From: an uncultured delta proteobacterium
GTDB taxonomy: Bacteria; Desulfobacterota; Zymogenia; Zymogenales; Zymogenaceae
Assembly (NCBI GenBank): GCA_963792965.1
Contig: CAWBYW010000007.1
Span: forward strand, 256,001-320,000
Reading direction: 5' to 3'
DNA length: 64,000 nucleotides
Shown here: one piece after another, positions 29,684 to 39,477 of the stretch
How positions within the stretch are numbered: position 1 is the stretch's first letter
Layout of the letters: each line of letters opens with the position of its first letter
Notes under the pieces: generated by a model
What the model was told of the DNA's origin: nothing
The model's input: only the letters and a program-made list of their open reading frames with translations
The model's database searches: none
Made by a program: the position numbers and the translations under genes

Positions 29684-30571
29684 TCAGGAGCGCGGGTGGT
29701 ATTTTTTATGGACTTCCTTGAGTCTCGTCCGGTCGACATGGGTATAGATTTCGGTCGTGGTAATGTCGGCGTGCCCGAGCATCATCTGCACGGACCTGAG
29801 GTCCGCGCCACCCGCAAGGAGGTGAGTTGCAAACGAGTGACGGAGGGTGTGGGGGCTGATATCTTTGGTAATCCCGACGCGCGCCGCATACGTCTTGATC
29901 ACCTTCCAGAAATATTGACGTGAAAGCGCCCTCCCCCGTCTATTGAGGAAGATCAGGACGCTTCCCCTCCCCCTATCGAAAGCCGGACGCGCCTCCGTCA
30001 GATACCGGTTCACCCGGAAAATTGCCTCTCTGCCGATGGGAACGACCCGCTCCTTGTTTCCCTTCCCCACGACGATGAGAAACCCGACATCAAGGTTGAT
30101 TCGATCCGCCGTCAATCCCAACAGCTCCGAGACCCTCAGCCCGCTCGCATACAAGACCTCCAGCATCGCGCGGTCCCGGATACCCGAGGGATTCTGATCG
30201 TCCGGGCCGTCGAGGAGTTTCTTCACTTCTTGCGCGGTAAGATACTCCGGCAGTCGCCTCATAAAGCTGGGCGAATCCAAGAGTTCCATCGGGTGTGCCA
30301 CTATCTCCCCCTCCCTAACGAGGTAGGTGAAAAATGACCGGATCGAGCTCAGGTAACGCACCCTGCTCCGGGCCGAGATTCCCTCTGTTGCGAGCCGCTC
30401 CATGAACGAGAGGATATGTCCCTCTTCGATCAGGTCGGCGTCCACAATCTCGATCTCCCCCAGGTAATGACTGAAGCGCGAAAGATCGCTCCCGTAGGCC
30501 GCCACCGTGTTATTCGAAAGGCCCCGCTCGACTCCGACATGGCGCATAAACTGATCGATAAGCTCGTCCAT
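29684..30571 (-). CDS. xerD: Tyrosine recombinase XerD
   Basis: ERGLS.NT..AY, RDRAMLEVLYASGLRVSEL, GKGNKER, SPHTLRHSFATHLL, LGHADITTTEIY. Confidence 0.95.
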   Translation of the reverse strand: MDELIDQFMRHVGVERGLSNNTVAAYGSDLSRFSHYLGEIEIVDADLIEEGHILSFMERLATEGISARSRVRYLSSIRSFFTYLVREGEIVAHPMELLDSPSFMRRLPEYLTAQEVKKLLDGPDDQNPSGIRDRAMLEVLYASGLRVSELLGLTADRINLDVGFLIVVGKGNKERVVPIGREAIFRVNRYLTEARPAFDRGRGSVLIFLNRRGRALSRQYFWKVIKTYAARVGITKDISPHTLRHSFATHLLAGGADLRSVQMMLGHADITTTEIYTHVDRTRLKEVHKKYHPRS

Positions 30572-30572
30572 G

Positions 30573-32289
30573 CTATCTTCCCGCGTGCATGCTATCGGTT
30601 TCCCTCACGTACTTTTCCACGCCCTTATAGATTCCCCACGCAAGCCCCTTGAGATAGTCATCGCTCTTGAGTCGATTCTCCTCCCTCTTGTTGGAGATGT
30701 ACGAGCATTCCACCAGGATCGAGGGCATCTGGGCGCCGACAAGGACCCAAAACGGTCCCTGGCAGACCCCGACGTTATTGATGTTGTCGTATTGCTTCTC
30801 TATTGAATTGACCATCCCCTCCTGGACGAACTTGGCAAGGAGGCTGGACTCATTTCTCTTGGCGGAGACCATAAGGTCGGTGAGGATATAGTCAAGCTCC
30901 GTCAGCTTTTCGATGGTCGTATCGTTCTCCCGTGCCGCAACGGCCAGCGCCTTCGTGTCGGAGGTAATTGCGAGATAGTAGGTCGTTATGCCGTACGGGT
31001 TTCGGCTTGCGCTTGCATTGTTGTGAACCGATATGAAGAGGTCGGCACCGGCCTCGTTGGCGACGGCCGTCCTGTTCTTGAGGTCCAGATATCTGTCGGC
31101 GTTGCGCGTCATGATGACTTTCAGGCCCAGCTGGTTCTCAAGGTATTCTTTTAGATACTGGGCGATCCTGAAGTTTGCCGTTTTCTCATAATATCCGGTG
31201 GGACCGACGGCGCCCGGGTCGACTCCTCCGTGCCCGGGATCGATCACCACCACCTTGATTGCATGCGACGTCACCTTTTCCTTTGTATAGTAGTCGCCGG
31301 CATTATTCGTCGTCCCGTCGCTTTTGTCGTCTGAACGCTCTTCCCGGTAGACGTCAACGACAATCCGATTCGGGTCCTTGAGGGAAAATACCTTATACGT
31401 TACCGATCCGCCCGGATCCATGGACACACGAAGCGGGTCTGATTTTACGTCAACGGTAATCTTCCTGATCTGACCTCCCGATACCGCGATTGCCTCTTTT
31501 ACGTCTTTTTTCAGGGCTCCGTGCGTGATATCGACGTAGATGCCCGAGCTCGCCTCCTTCGTGGCGCCGTCTTTCACCCTGCCGAAGGTATACTCGGCCG
31601 CTCCCGAGACATCAAGCACCACACGGGTGTGGTCCTCGGAATTAAACGTCCTCATCCCGAGGAGTACTATCGCGTCCTTCTTTGGCTTCTCTGTCTTCGT
31701 GTCCTTTAGGCCCCCGTCGATATCTCCGGTAAACACGCTGCAGTCGGTCCCCTCGTACTTCTTCAGCTCCTTTATCCGCGCTTCGGCCTGCGCCTTCATA
31801 TCTCCCGTCGGGTAGCTATGCATGAGCGCCTGATAATAGCAGTACGCCCGTGCGGGATCGGAGAGCCTCGTCCGATAGATCTCGGCAATCTTCAACAGCG
31901 AGTCATCTGAAAGTGTGCTCTTCGGGGTATTCCCGAATCAATTGTCCGAAGGCGTCGACGGCGGCTTTAATATCGGCAGTGGCGCCGGATCGCTCATAGA
32001 GCCGCTCGTAAAGGGTTCCCACCATGAAGAGGGCGTCGTCGGAAGATGCGTCGGTGGGATATTCGAGGTAGACGCTGCCGAATGCCTCGATGACGGAAAG
32101 CCAGCAGTCCCGGCGGGAAAGCTGGCTTTCGGACGAATTGAGGCTTGAGAGCCTCTTCTTTGCCGACTCGTATGCGCCGGCACCGTCCTGAGCGGAGGCG
32201 TTGACCGAGACGAAAAAGACGATAAAAAAGGCGAGCAACGCGGCGCACGTCCCGTGAGCGATCCCGATCGATTTCTTACCTATAATCAT
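30573..32289 (-). CDS. N-acetylmuramoyl-L-alanine amidase with TPR and AMIN domains; apparent +1 frameshift near 31925
   Basis: Signal peptide, TPR-like YP.S..DD repeats, TRVVLDV AMIN domain, IDPGHGG.DPGA, FISVHNNA, PSILVEC; one C fewer gives YPKSTLSDDSLLKIAE. Confidence 0.88.
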
Positions 32290-32425
32290 CTATTTGTTCA
32301 TCTAATTGTATGATAATTAACCTATTTTATATAAAACTTGGTATAACTATATTTCATTTTATCCTGTTTTTCAACTCTTTTTTTCCCCTTTTGACTTTTT
32401 ACCTTTTATGTGATAGCTTCCGCCT

Positions 32426-32857
32426 ATGAGCAGGAAGTACCCCGCACGGCCGATTCTCGCCGCGGGGGCGGTTGTTGTTGAGAACGGCCGCGCGCTCCTC
32501 GTCAGACGCGGCAACGAGCCCGCCAAGGGCGCATGGAGTATCCCGGGGGGGGCGGTTGAGCCGGGCGAGACGCTCCGTGAGGCCGCCCGACGCGAGATCT
32601 TCGAAGAGACGGGGCTTCTTGTCGACGTCGGCGATCGCCTGGCCGTCCTGGAGCGCATCTTCCGTGATCCGGGGCACAAGGTGAAATACCACTATCTCCT
32701 CATCGATTACCGGGCCGTTGCCACGAGCGGCGAGCTTCGTGCCGGCAGCGACGCCGCCGACGCCCGGTTTTTTACGGGAGACGAGATACTAAAACTGGGA
32801 CTTGCCGATATCACCCTCGAGGTGGTGCGCAAGGCCCTCACCCTGGAAAAGAAGTGA
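32426..32857 (+). CDS. NUDIX hydrolase
   Basis: PGGAVEPGETLREAARREIFEETG Nudix box. Confidence 0.9.
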   Translation: MSRKYPARPILAAGAVVVENGRALLVRRGNEPAKGAWSIPGGAVEPGETLREAARREIFEETGLLVDVGDRLAVLERIFRDPGHKVKYHYLLIDYRAVATSGELRAGSDAADARFFTGDEILKLGLADITLEVVRKALTLEKK

Positions 32858-32931
32858 GACGTCTGAAGACGAATCCTTGTCGTTTTTCAACACCCGGCGT
32901 CGTGTGAGTCGGATTGCGGTTGTGGAAAACG

Positions 32932-32959
32932 GGAACATTTTTCCTCCTGACAGGTCTAA
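32932..32959 (+). promoter_or_regulatory. ECF (sigmaE-type) promoter, probably autoregulatory
   Basis: GGAACA-16 nt-GTCTAA directly upstream of the ECF sigma gene. Confidence 0.7.
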
Positions 32960-32975
32960 GGTAATAGGAAGATCT

Positions 32976-33563
32976 GTGACCCAAAAAGAGTGGGATGGCT
33001 CCGAAGAAGCGCGCTTGATCGCCGCATCGCAGAATGGGGATCATGACGCATTCGCTCGCATAGTCAAGCTCTATAAAGACCGGGTCTTTAACACGTCCCT
33101 CCGCTTTTTGGGCAACTGGGCGATGGCCGAGGAGCTGACTCAGGACGTTTTTATCTCGGTCTTCAGAAACATCGGGGGATTCAAGGGCGAGTCGAAATTT
33201 TCAACGTGGCTCTATCGGATTACGGTAAACCACGCCAAGAATCGTATCGGGTATTTGTCGAGGAGGGGCTACTATCGGAGTGACGAATTTTCGGACACCA
33301 TCGACGGCGGCGGCATTGATTCTATTGCCGGTCGTGTGTCAAACCCGGGTTCCTACACCGAGGATAAGGAGCTTATCGGCCTCCTCATGGAAAACATCAA
33401 TAAACTCTCGGCCAAGGACCGCCGGATCATCACCCTCAAGGATTTCGAGGGCCAGAGTTACGACGAGATCGCTGAAATCCTCGGCATTTCCCTCGGCACG
33501 GTGAAATCGCGCCTCTCGCGGGCGCGCGAGCGCCTCAAAGAGCTGATGAAGGATTACCTGTAG
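32976..33563 (+). CDS. ECF sigma factor (RpoE-like)
   Basis: AEELTQDVF, FKGESKFSTWLYRI, SYDEIAEILGISLGTVKSRLSRAR; GTG start estimated. Confidence 0.92.
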   Translation: MTQKEWDGSEEARLIAASQNGDHDAFARIVKLYKDRVFNTSLRFLGNWAMAEELTQDVFISVFRNIGGFKGESKFSTWLYRITVNHAKNRIGYLSRRGYYRSDEFSDTIDGGGIDSIAGRVSNPGSYTEDKELIGLLMENINKLSAKDRRIITLKDFEGQSYDEIAEILGISLGTVKSRLSRARERLKELMKDYL

Positions 33564-33691
33564 TCCCGCCGGCGTAAATGGCGGCCGGCATGGCTGTATG
33601 ATTTCGTATCGTAGTCTAAAGCGAAACGGCTATTTTCGGGGGACTCACGATACGCACGGAGATGAACTCCAATTCAAGCCGGTAGTGCGGT

Positions 33692-34771
33692 ATGAATAAG
33701 GATCTCAAGAGGGCAAAATCACTCATCGGGCTGATCCACGACGGGTCACTCACCGATGAAGAGTACCGGTTCATTCAGGAGGCCGCCTCACGCTACCCCG
33801 AGCTTAAGCTCGATATCTATCGGCACGAGCGCCTGCATGACCTCTTGGGCATGGTCGAGCACGCCCCGGCGCCTTCTTCCCTTGAAGAGAAGGTCATGTC
33901 GGCCATAAGATCACACGGGATTGTGCAGCGGTTCATGCACCGCCTCCTCTTCCCGGGTCGTAGAATACCGATCGAGGCCCTGGGTGCTGCAGCCGCTGTG
34001 GTCCTCATCTCCGTCGTGGCTCTCACCTATATGCCTTCGCTCACAACAAGCCACAAAGGAACGGGCATTCTTTCCGGCTTCAAAGCCAAGAAGCCGCCCG
34101 CCAGCCCCCTCACGGTGACGGGGCCTCCCGCTCCCGGCCTGGCGGCGCCTCGGGAAAAGAAGTCCGTGGAGGACATCGCCCTGGCGCCCGTCGACAACCG
34201 CGAAAAATCAGAAAAATACCTCCGACCAGAAAGAGGCGAAAAAGGCCGATTCCTCGCCTCCGAGGTCGAAGAGAAGTCCCTTCCAATGGAGCCTTCGCCT
34301 TCCACCGGCATGACGGCCGCCGGTATGGTGGTCACGGAAAGCGCCTCGAAGGTCATCACGCCCACAAAGAGCGCACTATTGATGGCCACTAAAAGCGAGA
34401 AGCCGGCCCCGTCGACGATCTTTATCTATTCGACAACGGAAGCGGGAACGCTTCCCGCCACTCTCACGGTTTACGAGGCGGACCCCCGCATCGCCCACAA
34501 GGAGATCATTGAAAAAATGCTGGCCCTCGGCGGTACCATTACGACTGAAGAGGTGGTGGGTGGACACGATAAGGGCGAGACGGACTCAAGCGAAGGCAGC
34601 GCGAAGGACGAGACGGGCGCTCAGATGATCCGGATACCGCCGGAGAAGATCAACGAATTCCTTGACTGGCTTGGCTCACGCTATCCCGATCACGAGAAGG
34701 AGGTCGATTCCCTCAGATCGACGACGAACAGTATCGTTCTCCGGATTGATATCGCACCTGCCACGAGATAG
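33692..34771 (+). CDS. Putative membrane anti-sigma factor
   Basis: Follows the ECF gene; short cytoplasmic domain, one TM helix, Pro/Ser-rich periplasmic region. Confidence 0.65.
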   Translation: MNKDLKRAKSLIGLIHDGSLTDEEYRFIQEAASRYPELKLDIYRHERLHDLLGMVEHAPAPSSLEEKVMSAIRSHGIVQRFMHRLLFPGRRIPIEALGAAAAVVLISVVALTYMPSLTTSHKGTGILSGFKAKKPPASPLTVTGPPAPGLAAPREKKSVEDIALAPVDNREKSEKYLRPERGEKGRFLASEVEEKSLPMEPSPSTGMTAAGMVVTESASKVITPTKSALLMATKSEKPAPSTIFIYSTTEAGTLPATLTVYEADPRIAHKEIIEKMLALGGTITTEEVVGGHDKGETDSSEGSAKDETGAQMIRIPPEKINEFLDWLGSRYPDHEKEVDSLRSTTNSIVLRIDIAPATR

Positions 34772-34773
34772 GT

Positions 34774-35259
34774 TCAAAGTTCCCTGGCCATGATGAGGGC
34801 GTCCTCCCGTGTGTCGGTGTAATACCCCTTACGCTTATATTCGACCGACAAACCCGCCTTCGTGTAGAGGCTTATCGCGGCAGAGTTGTTCTCACGCACT
34901 TCGAGAAAGACGTAGCGTCCCCCGAGCTCTTTGGCCCGGGCCAGCGACCGTCTGAGAATTTCAGTGCCGATCCCGAGTCTCCTCAGATCGGATCTCACGG
35001 CTATGCTCATGATGTGCACCTCGCCCTCGATCAGCCAGAAGACGATATAGCCGACCACCCCGCCCGCGGCGTCAAAAACGTAGTGGTGGGAAAATTCAAG
35101 CTCAAACTCCCGCATGAAAATCCCCATCGTCCAGGGGGTGGGAAAGGAAACTTCCTCGATATCCATGACTTCATCGAGGTCCTCCATCCCCATGGGCCTC
35201 ATAACCAGATCGTTGATGATCGAGGCCGCGAACAGTGGATTTTCTCTTTTGGTTTTCAC
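34774..35259 (-). CDS. rimI: Ribosomal protein S18 alanine acetyltransferase
   Basis: IEEVSFPTPW, HIMSIAV, FLEVRENN, RKGYY..EDALIM. Confidence 0.9.
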   Translation of the reverse strand: MKTKRENPLFAASIINDLVMRPMGMEDLDEVMDIEEVSFPTPWTMGIFMREFELEFSHHYVFDAAGGVVGYIVFWLIEGEVHIMSIAVRSDLRRLGIGTEILRRSLARAKELGGRYVFLEVRENNSAAISLYTKAGLSVEYKRKGYYTDTREDALIMAREL

Positions 35260-35318
35260 CCGTCGTAACCTTATCCCGTGATGGTGCGCTCGCTACTTTC
35301 GTTTAGCTTTCAGGATGC

Positions 35319-35921
35319 TCAGGTGGACTTCATGACGATGGAGAGGATAATATTTGCCGCCTCGTCTCCCCGATCGGCGCAGTTGGAAAGGTGTCGGTAG
35401 ATCTCACGCATCTTGAGCATATAGATCGGATCGGTCCCTTTGAACAGTTCCGAGAGGGCGTTGAGGTAGGCCTGTTCCATGCTGTTTTCCGATTTCTTTG
35501 CCCTCACCGCATGATCGTTGGCAATGTTTGGGTACTCCTTGAGATATTTTATTGCTTTGACCAGCTCTTCGTACGCGTCTATCATGATGGTAATCATTTT
35601 CTTTACGTGTTCGTCGGTGAAAAGCTCGTAGACCGTCAACTCGGCGACCGTGGTCGTGGCGTAGTCCATTACGTCGTCGAGGGCCCGCGAGAGCTGGAAT
35701 ATGTCCTCACGATCGATGGGGGTCGCAAACGTTCGATAGAGCTCCGCGATGAGCACCCTCCTCTTTTCATCCGCCCCCTTCTCGATCGCCTTCACCTTCT
35801 CGGCATTCTCAGGGGTCTGATTGGCGGCGTATTCCCTCAGGGCCATGAGTCCTTTAAGACCCTCGTCGGCCTGATGAAGTAGGAGCAGATAGAAATCCGG
35901 TCTTTTCCTAAAAATATTCAT
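35319..35921 (-). CDS. DUF47 / Pit accessory protein
   Basis: EKGAD, TFATPIDREDIFQLSRALDDVMD, REIYRHLSNCADR. Confidence 0.9.
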   Translation of the reverse strand: MNIFRKRPDFYLLLLHQADEGLKGLMALREYAANQTPENAEKVKAIEKGADEKRRVLIAELYRTFATPIDREDIFQLSRALDDVMDYATTTVAELTVYELFTDEHVKKMITIMIDAYEELVKAIKYLKEYPNIANDHAVRAKKSENSMEQAYLNALSELFKGTDPIYMLKMREIYRHLSNCADRGDEAANIILSIVMKST

Positions 35922-36954
35922 GGATTTCCCTGATGAGCAGATAGACCGCCCCGCTCAACACGGCGGTACAGGGTAGCGTAATAACCCACGTCGAGACGAT
36001 CCTCCTTACGACGTCCCACCTGACGGAGGAAATCCTCCTGGCCGTTCCCGCCCCGACAACGGCCGACGAGACCACCTGCGTCGTGCTGACCGGAAACCCG
36101 AAGAGCGCCGATGAATAGACGATGGCCGCAGATCCGAGCTGGGCCGAGAAACCGTGAACCGGGCGAACACGGTAGACTTTTCCTCCGAGCGTCTTCATGG
36201 TTCGATATCCGCCCGTTAGGACCCCGAGGGAAACGGCGGCGGCGCAGGCGATCCTGACCCACAGGGGTACGTACGGCTGGCCTGCCCCATGGTATAGGAA
36301 AGAAATTCCCTGGGGATAGTGCCGGTACATAACGATCAGGCAGAGCGTTATGATCCCCATCGTCTTCTGGACGTCGTTAGTGCCGTAAGAAACGGCGACC
36401 GCCGAAGAGCTGAGGATCTGAAAACGCTCAAAGATCTTGCCGACGACGCCCGGTGATTGGGCTCCAAAGAAAGCGACCGCCGCCTTTGTGAGCAGGAAAC
36501 CGAACATGAGCCCGAGGAGCGGCGATATCAACAGGGCCGCCATGACCTCGCCAATCTTCAACCAGTGGACGGCGCCCGACCCGGACGAGACCAGCACTCC
36601 TCCCAAGAGTCCCCCGATCAGGGCGTGTGTCGCGCTGCTGGGCATCCCCCTCATTCCGGCGATCGTATTCCACGAAAGCGCAACAATCAGCGCCGCCCAG
36701 ATGACAAGGATGTCGAGACGATCGGGCACCACGATTCCCTGGGCCACGGTGAGGGCCACCGCTGTGCCCAGGAAGAGCGCCCCGATGCATTCGAAGAAGG
36801 CCACAAGAATAAGCGCCTGCCAGGGCTCGAGGGCCCCGGTATAGACCATGGTGGCGACGATCGTTCCGGAGTCGTTGTATCCCGCGATATACTCGAAGAC
36901 TAAGGCCAAGACCACCAGAGCGCAGAATAATATGAGGACATGTAGTCCCAACAC
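35908..36954 (-). CDS. PiT-family inorganic phosphate transporter
   Basis: GYNDSG, GMPSSATHALIGG, GTNDVQKTMG, PVSTTQ signatures. Confidence 0.92.
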   Translation of the reverse strand: MLGLHVLILFCALVVLALVFEYIAGYNDSGTIVATMVYTGALEPWQALILVAFFECIGALFLGTAVALTVAQGIVVPDRLDILVIWAALIVALSWNTIAGMRGMPSSATHALIGGLLGGVLVSSGSGAVHWLKIGEVMAALLISPLLGLMFGFLLTKAAVAFFGAQSPGVVGKIFERFQILSSSAVAVSYGTNDVQKTMGIITLCLIVMYRHYPQGISFLYHGAGQPYVPLWVRIACAAAVSLGVLTGGYRTMKTLGGKVYRVRPVHGFSAQLGSAAIVYSSALFGFPVSTTQVVSSAVVGAGTARRISSVRWDVVRRIVSTWVITLPCTAVLSGAVYLLIREIHEYF

Positions 36955-36959
36955 TCCCC

Positions 36960-37409
36960 CTAAGTCAGGAGCTTAACCGTCAATATCGGACACAAGGCCG
37001 CACGTAAGACGCGCTCGATGGTGCTGCCGAACAGGAAGTGATCAAGGCCGGACCTACCGTGGGTCCCCATGATGATGATGTCGACCTCCTTCTCCTCGGC
37101 CACCCGTATGATCTCTTTATAGGCTTCCCCTTTTGCGAGAATCGACTCATAGGAGATCTTGCCCTTGAAGTGCCTCAAGCAGAAGTCATTCAGCCCGTTC
37201 TGGGCGGAATGATAGACCTCCCCCATAACTGTTTCGAGAGAGATGTGGGGAACGTAGAGGCCCGTATAGTCATCAAGGCTCGAAACGACGTGAAGGACAT
37301 AGACCTTCGCGTTGAAGCCCTTGCAGAAGGTAATGGCGTAATCCGCCAAGAGCTCCGATGTCTCCGAAAAATCTACGGGCAGTAGGATGGTTTTAATTTT
37401 TTTTGTCAT
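36960..37409 (-). CDS. Universal stress protein
   Basis: ILLPVDFS, IMGTHGRSGL..FGSTIERV. Confidence 0.93.
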   Translation of the reverse strand: MTKKIKTILLPVDFSETSELLADYAITFCKGFNAKVYVLHVVSSLDDYTGLYVPHISLETVMGEVYHSAQNGLNDFCLRHFKGKISYESILAKGEAYKEIIRVAEEKEVDIIIMGTHGRSGLDHFLFGSTIERVLRAALCPILTVKLLT

Positions 37410-37477
37410 TCCGAGTCTCCTTTTCTGGTACTGATCATGTCTATGTTTCAGCAGATAACGGCATCAGTAGTCTGAAA

Positions 37478-37506
37478 ATCTTACCAAACTCGCCCACGAA
37501 AGGCAA
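37478..37506 (-). promoter_or_regulatory. sigma70-type promoter for usp-pit-DUF47
   Basis: TTGCCT-17 nt-TAAGAT with an extended -10 TG. Confidence 0.55.
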
Positions 37507-37791
37507 GCGAGAATAAACGTCCCGAGTGCTTTCGGGGCGCCTGTCATGAAGACAAGACGACTCGTCGGATATGGATCCCGCACCTGTAACCATCGGCTGA
37601 AAAAAACGAGCATATATGGCGCCCGGCGTCTTCCAGGCGACAGCCGCGAAGCGCCCTTGAGGCGGCCCGGAAGTCGCATCTCGCCGAGGCGGCGCGGCCC
37701 TTTTCGGCTCTCTGCCGCCGTACGGGGAGTCCCGTGACAAATACCGAGACGCGAGATACGGTCAAATCACCTGCGCTTCTCAACTAAATGC

Positions 37792-37820
37792 TTGACAAGA
37801 GCCCGCGCAGATCTTATAAT
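37792..37820 (+). promoter_or_regulatory. Perfect-consensus sigma70 promoter
   Basis: TTGACA-17 nt-TATAAT. Confidence 0.85.
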
Positions 37821-37891
37821 TAGGCAAAGTTATATATAATTATACTATAATATAGACTAAATTGGAAATAGATAGAAAGACGGGTTCAGTC

Positions 37892-38800
37892 ATGACTACG
37901 AGAATACGAGTTTCATCGCTCATTGTCCTGACCTGGGCCGCTATACTTCTCTTCGGGTCCTCGGCTCTCGCCGAGAGCGCGGGGGACCTTCTTAACTCGG
38001 CACAGAGCCAGTACAAGCGTTTGCTCACCTCCGAACAGCGTCAATCATCAAAATCGATGTGGCTTGAGGTCGTCGCCGCCTTCGACCTCGTGGTAAAAAA
38101 ATACCCCGGGTCCGATGAGGCCGCCAAGGCCCTCTTCACCGAGGGGTGTATCTATCGGGAAATGTTCAACTACTCGATTACGCTCGGTGAGCTCTACAAG
38201 GCCGAAGATATCTTTAACCGGTTCCTGAGAAACTACCCCAAAAGTGAGCTCGCATCCGAAGCGAAAAAAAACATCGAGGAAATCAGGGATCAGAAGAAGA
38301 ATAATAACCTGGTACGGGTCTCCACGGAGAAACCAAATCCGGAGACATTTCCCGGCAGGGATACGGCCCTCACGTCCGAGACGGCTCCACGCACAAGCGA
38401 CAACTCAACGGCAAACGACACCACGCCGAGCACACCCCCAGCCGTCTCCTCCCCCGTATCTTCCGTGTCGATTCTTAAGATACGCTATTTTACGGACACC
38501 GCCCACACACGCATCGTCGTCGACCTCGATTCCCCGGTTCCCTACAACGGCGCACGCCTCCCCTCCGACGAGGCCCACGCCATGCCACCTCGTATCTACG
38601 TCGACCTTTTCGGCGCGCGTACCGGAGCGGGCCTTTATTCCCCGCTGGTCGTCAAGGACGGCCTGGTCTCCCGTATCCGCTGGTCAAATGCGAAAGACGG
38701 GAAAGTCCGTCTCGTCCTCGAGCTCGAGAAAGGCGCCGACTACACCGTATTCTCCCTCAAGAATCCCTGCCGCCTCGTCATCGACGTATTGAGAAACTGA
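37892..38800 (+). CDS. Periplasmic TPR + AMIN domain protein without amidase domain
   Basis: Signal peptide, KYPGS.EA/NYPKSELA TPR-like repeats, Pro/Thr linker, HTRIVVDL..RIYVDL..VFSLKNPCRLVIDV. Confidence 0.8.
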   Translation: MTTRIRVSSLIVLTWAAILLFGSSALAESAGDLLNSAQSQYKRLLTSEQRQSSKSMWLEVVAAFDLVVKKYPGSDEAAKALFTEGCIYREMFNYSITLGELYKAEDIFNRFLRNYPKSELASEAKKNIEEIRDQKKNNNLVRVSTEKPNPETFPGRDTALTSETAPRTSDNSTANDTTPSTPPAVSSPVSSVSILKIRYFTDTAHTRIVVDLDSPVPYNGARLPSDEAHAMPPRIYVDLFGARTGAGLYSPLVVKDGLVSRIRWSNAKDGKVRLVLELEKGADYTVFSLKNPCRLVIDVLRN

Positions 38801-38817
38801 CCGACAGCGACTTCGTG

Positions 38818-39465
38818 CTACGCGGACAGGGCGTTCTCGAAGACCTTGACGGCCTTTACAGCGTCCTCCCCGTATGCGTCCACGCCCATCTCCTTGGCAA
38901 GCTTCTCGGACGTGCACGCGCCGCCGATGACGATCTTCACCTTGTCGCGCAGCCCCGCTTCCTTGAGGGCATCGACGATATCCTTGATGCTCCCGATCAT
39001 CGTGGTAAGAAGGATCGAGAGGCCCAGCGCCGGAGCCTTGGACTCCTTGACCGCCGATACAATCTTATCCTCCGAGACGTCCACGCCGAGATCGACCACC
39101 GCAAAATCCGACGCGGATAGCATCATGCCGACGATATTTTTGCCGATATCATGAATATCGCCCTTTACGGTGGCCAGGACAACGGTTCCCTTTTTTCCCG
39201 CGTCTTTGCGGTCGATCCTCGGCTCCAGGACGGCCATTCCTTCTTTCATCACCTCACCGGCAAGGATCAGGTCTGCAAGGAAATAGTCACCGCTCTCAAA
39301 GCGCTGCCCCACCGCCGTCATTCCCTCCCCCATTCCTTCCTTAATGATCATCCAGGGATCGACGCCTTCGTCGAGGGCCTTCTTGATGAGGCCTTGGATG
39401 TTGTCGAGGTCCAGCTCAACGATCGCCTCTTTCACCGCTCTTACGGATTCTTTCATGATATGCAC
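38818..39465 (-). CDS. Corrinoid (cobalamin-binding) protein
   Basis: Cap domain plus TVKGDIHDIGKNIV, DLGVDV, SILLTTM, IGGA. Confidence 0.92.
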   Translation of the reverse strand: MHIMKESVRAVKEAIVELDLDNIQGLIKKALDEGVDPWMIIKEGMGEGMTAVGQRFESGDYFLADLILAGEVMKEGMAVLEPRIDRKDAGKKGTVVLATVKGDIHDIGKNIVGMMLSASDFAVVDLGVDVSEDKIVSAVKESKAPALGLSILLTTMIGSIKDIVDALKEAGLRDKVKIVIGGACTSEKLAKEMGVDAYGEDAVKAVKVFENALSA

Positions 39466-39477
39466 TCCATCTTGACA

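Noticed and set aside
37445-37605. Possible 6S RNA or cobalamin riboswitch (closing TTTCAGC/GCTGAAA stem, CCCGCACCTGTAA)
   Set aside because: The other consensus elements are missing, and a plausible minus-strand promoter lies inside the supposed RNA
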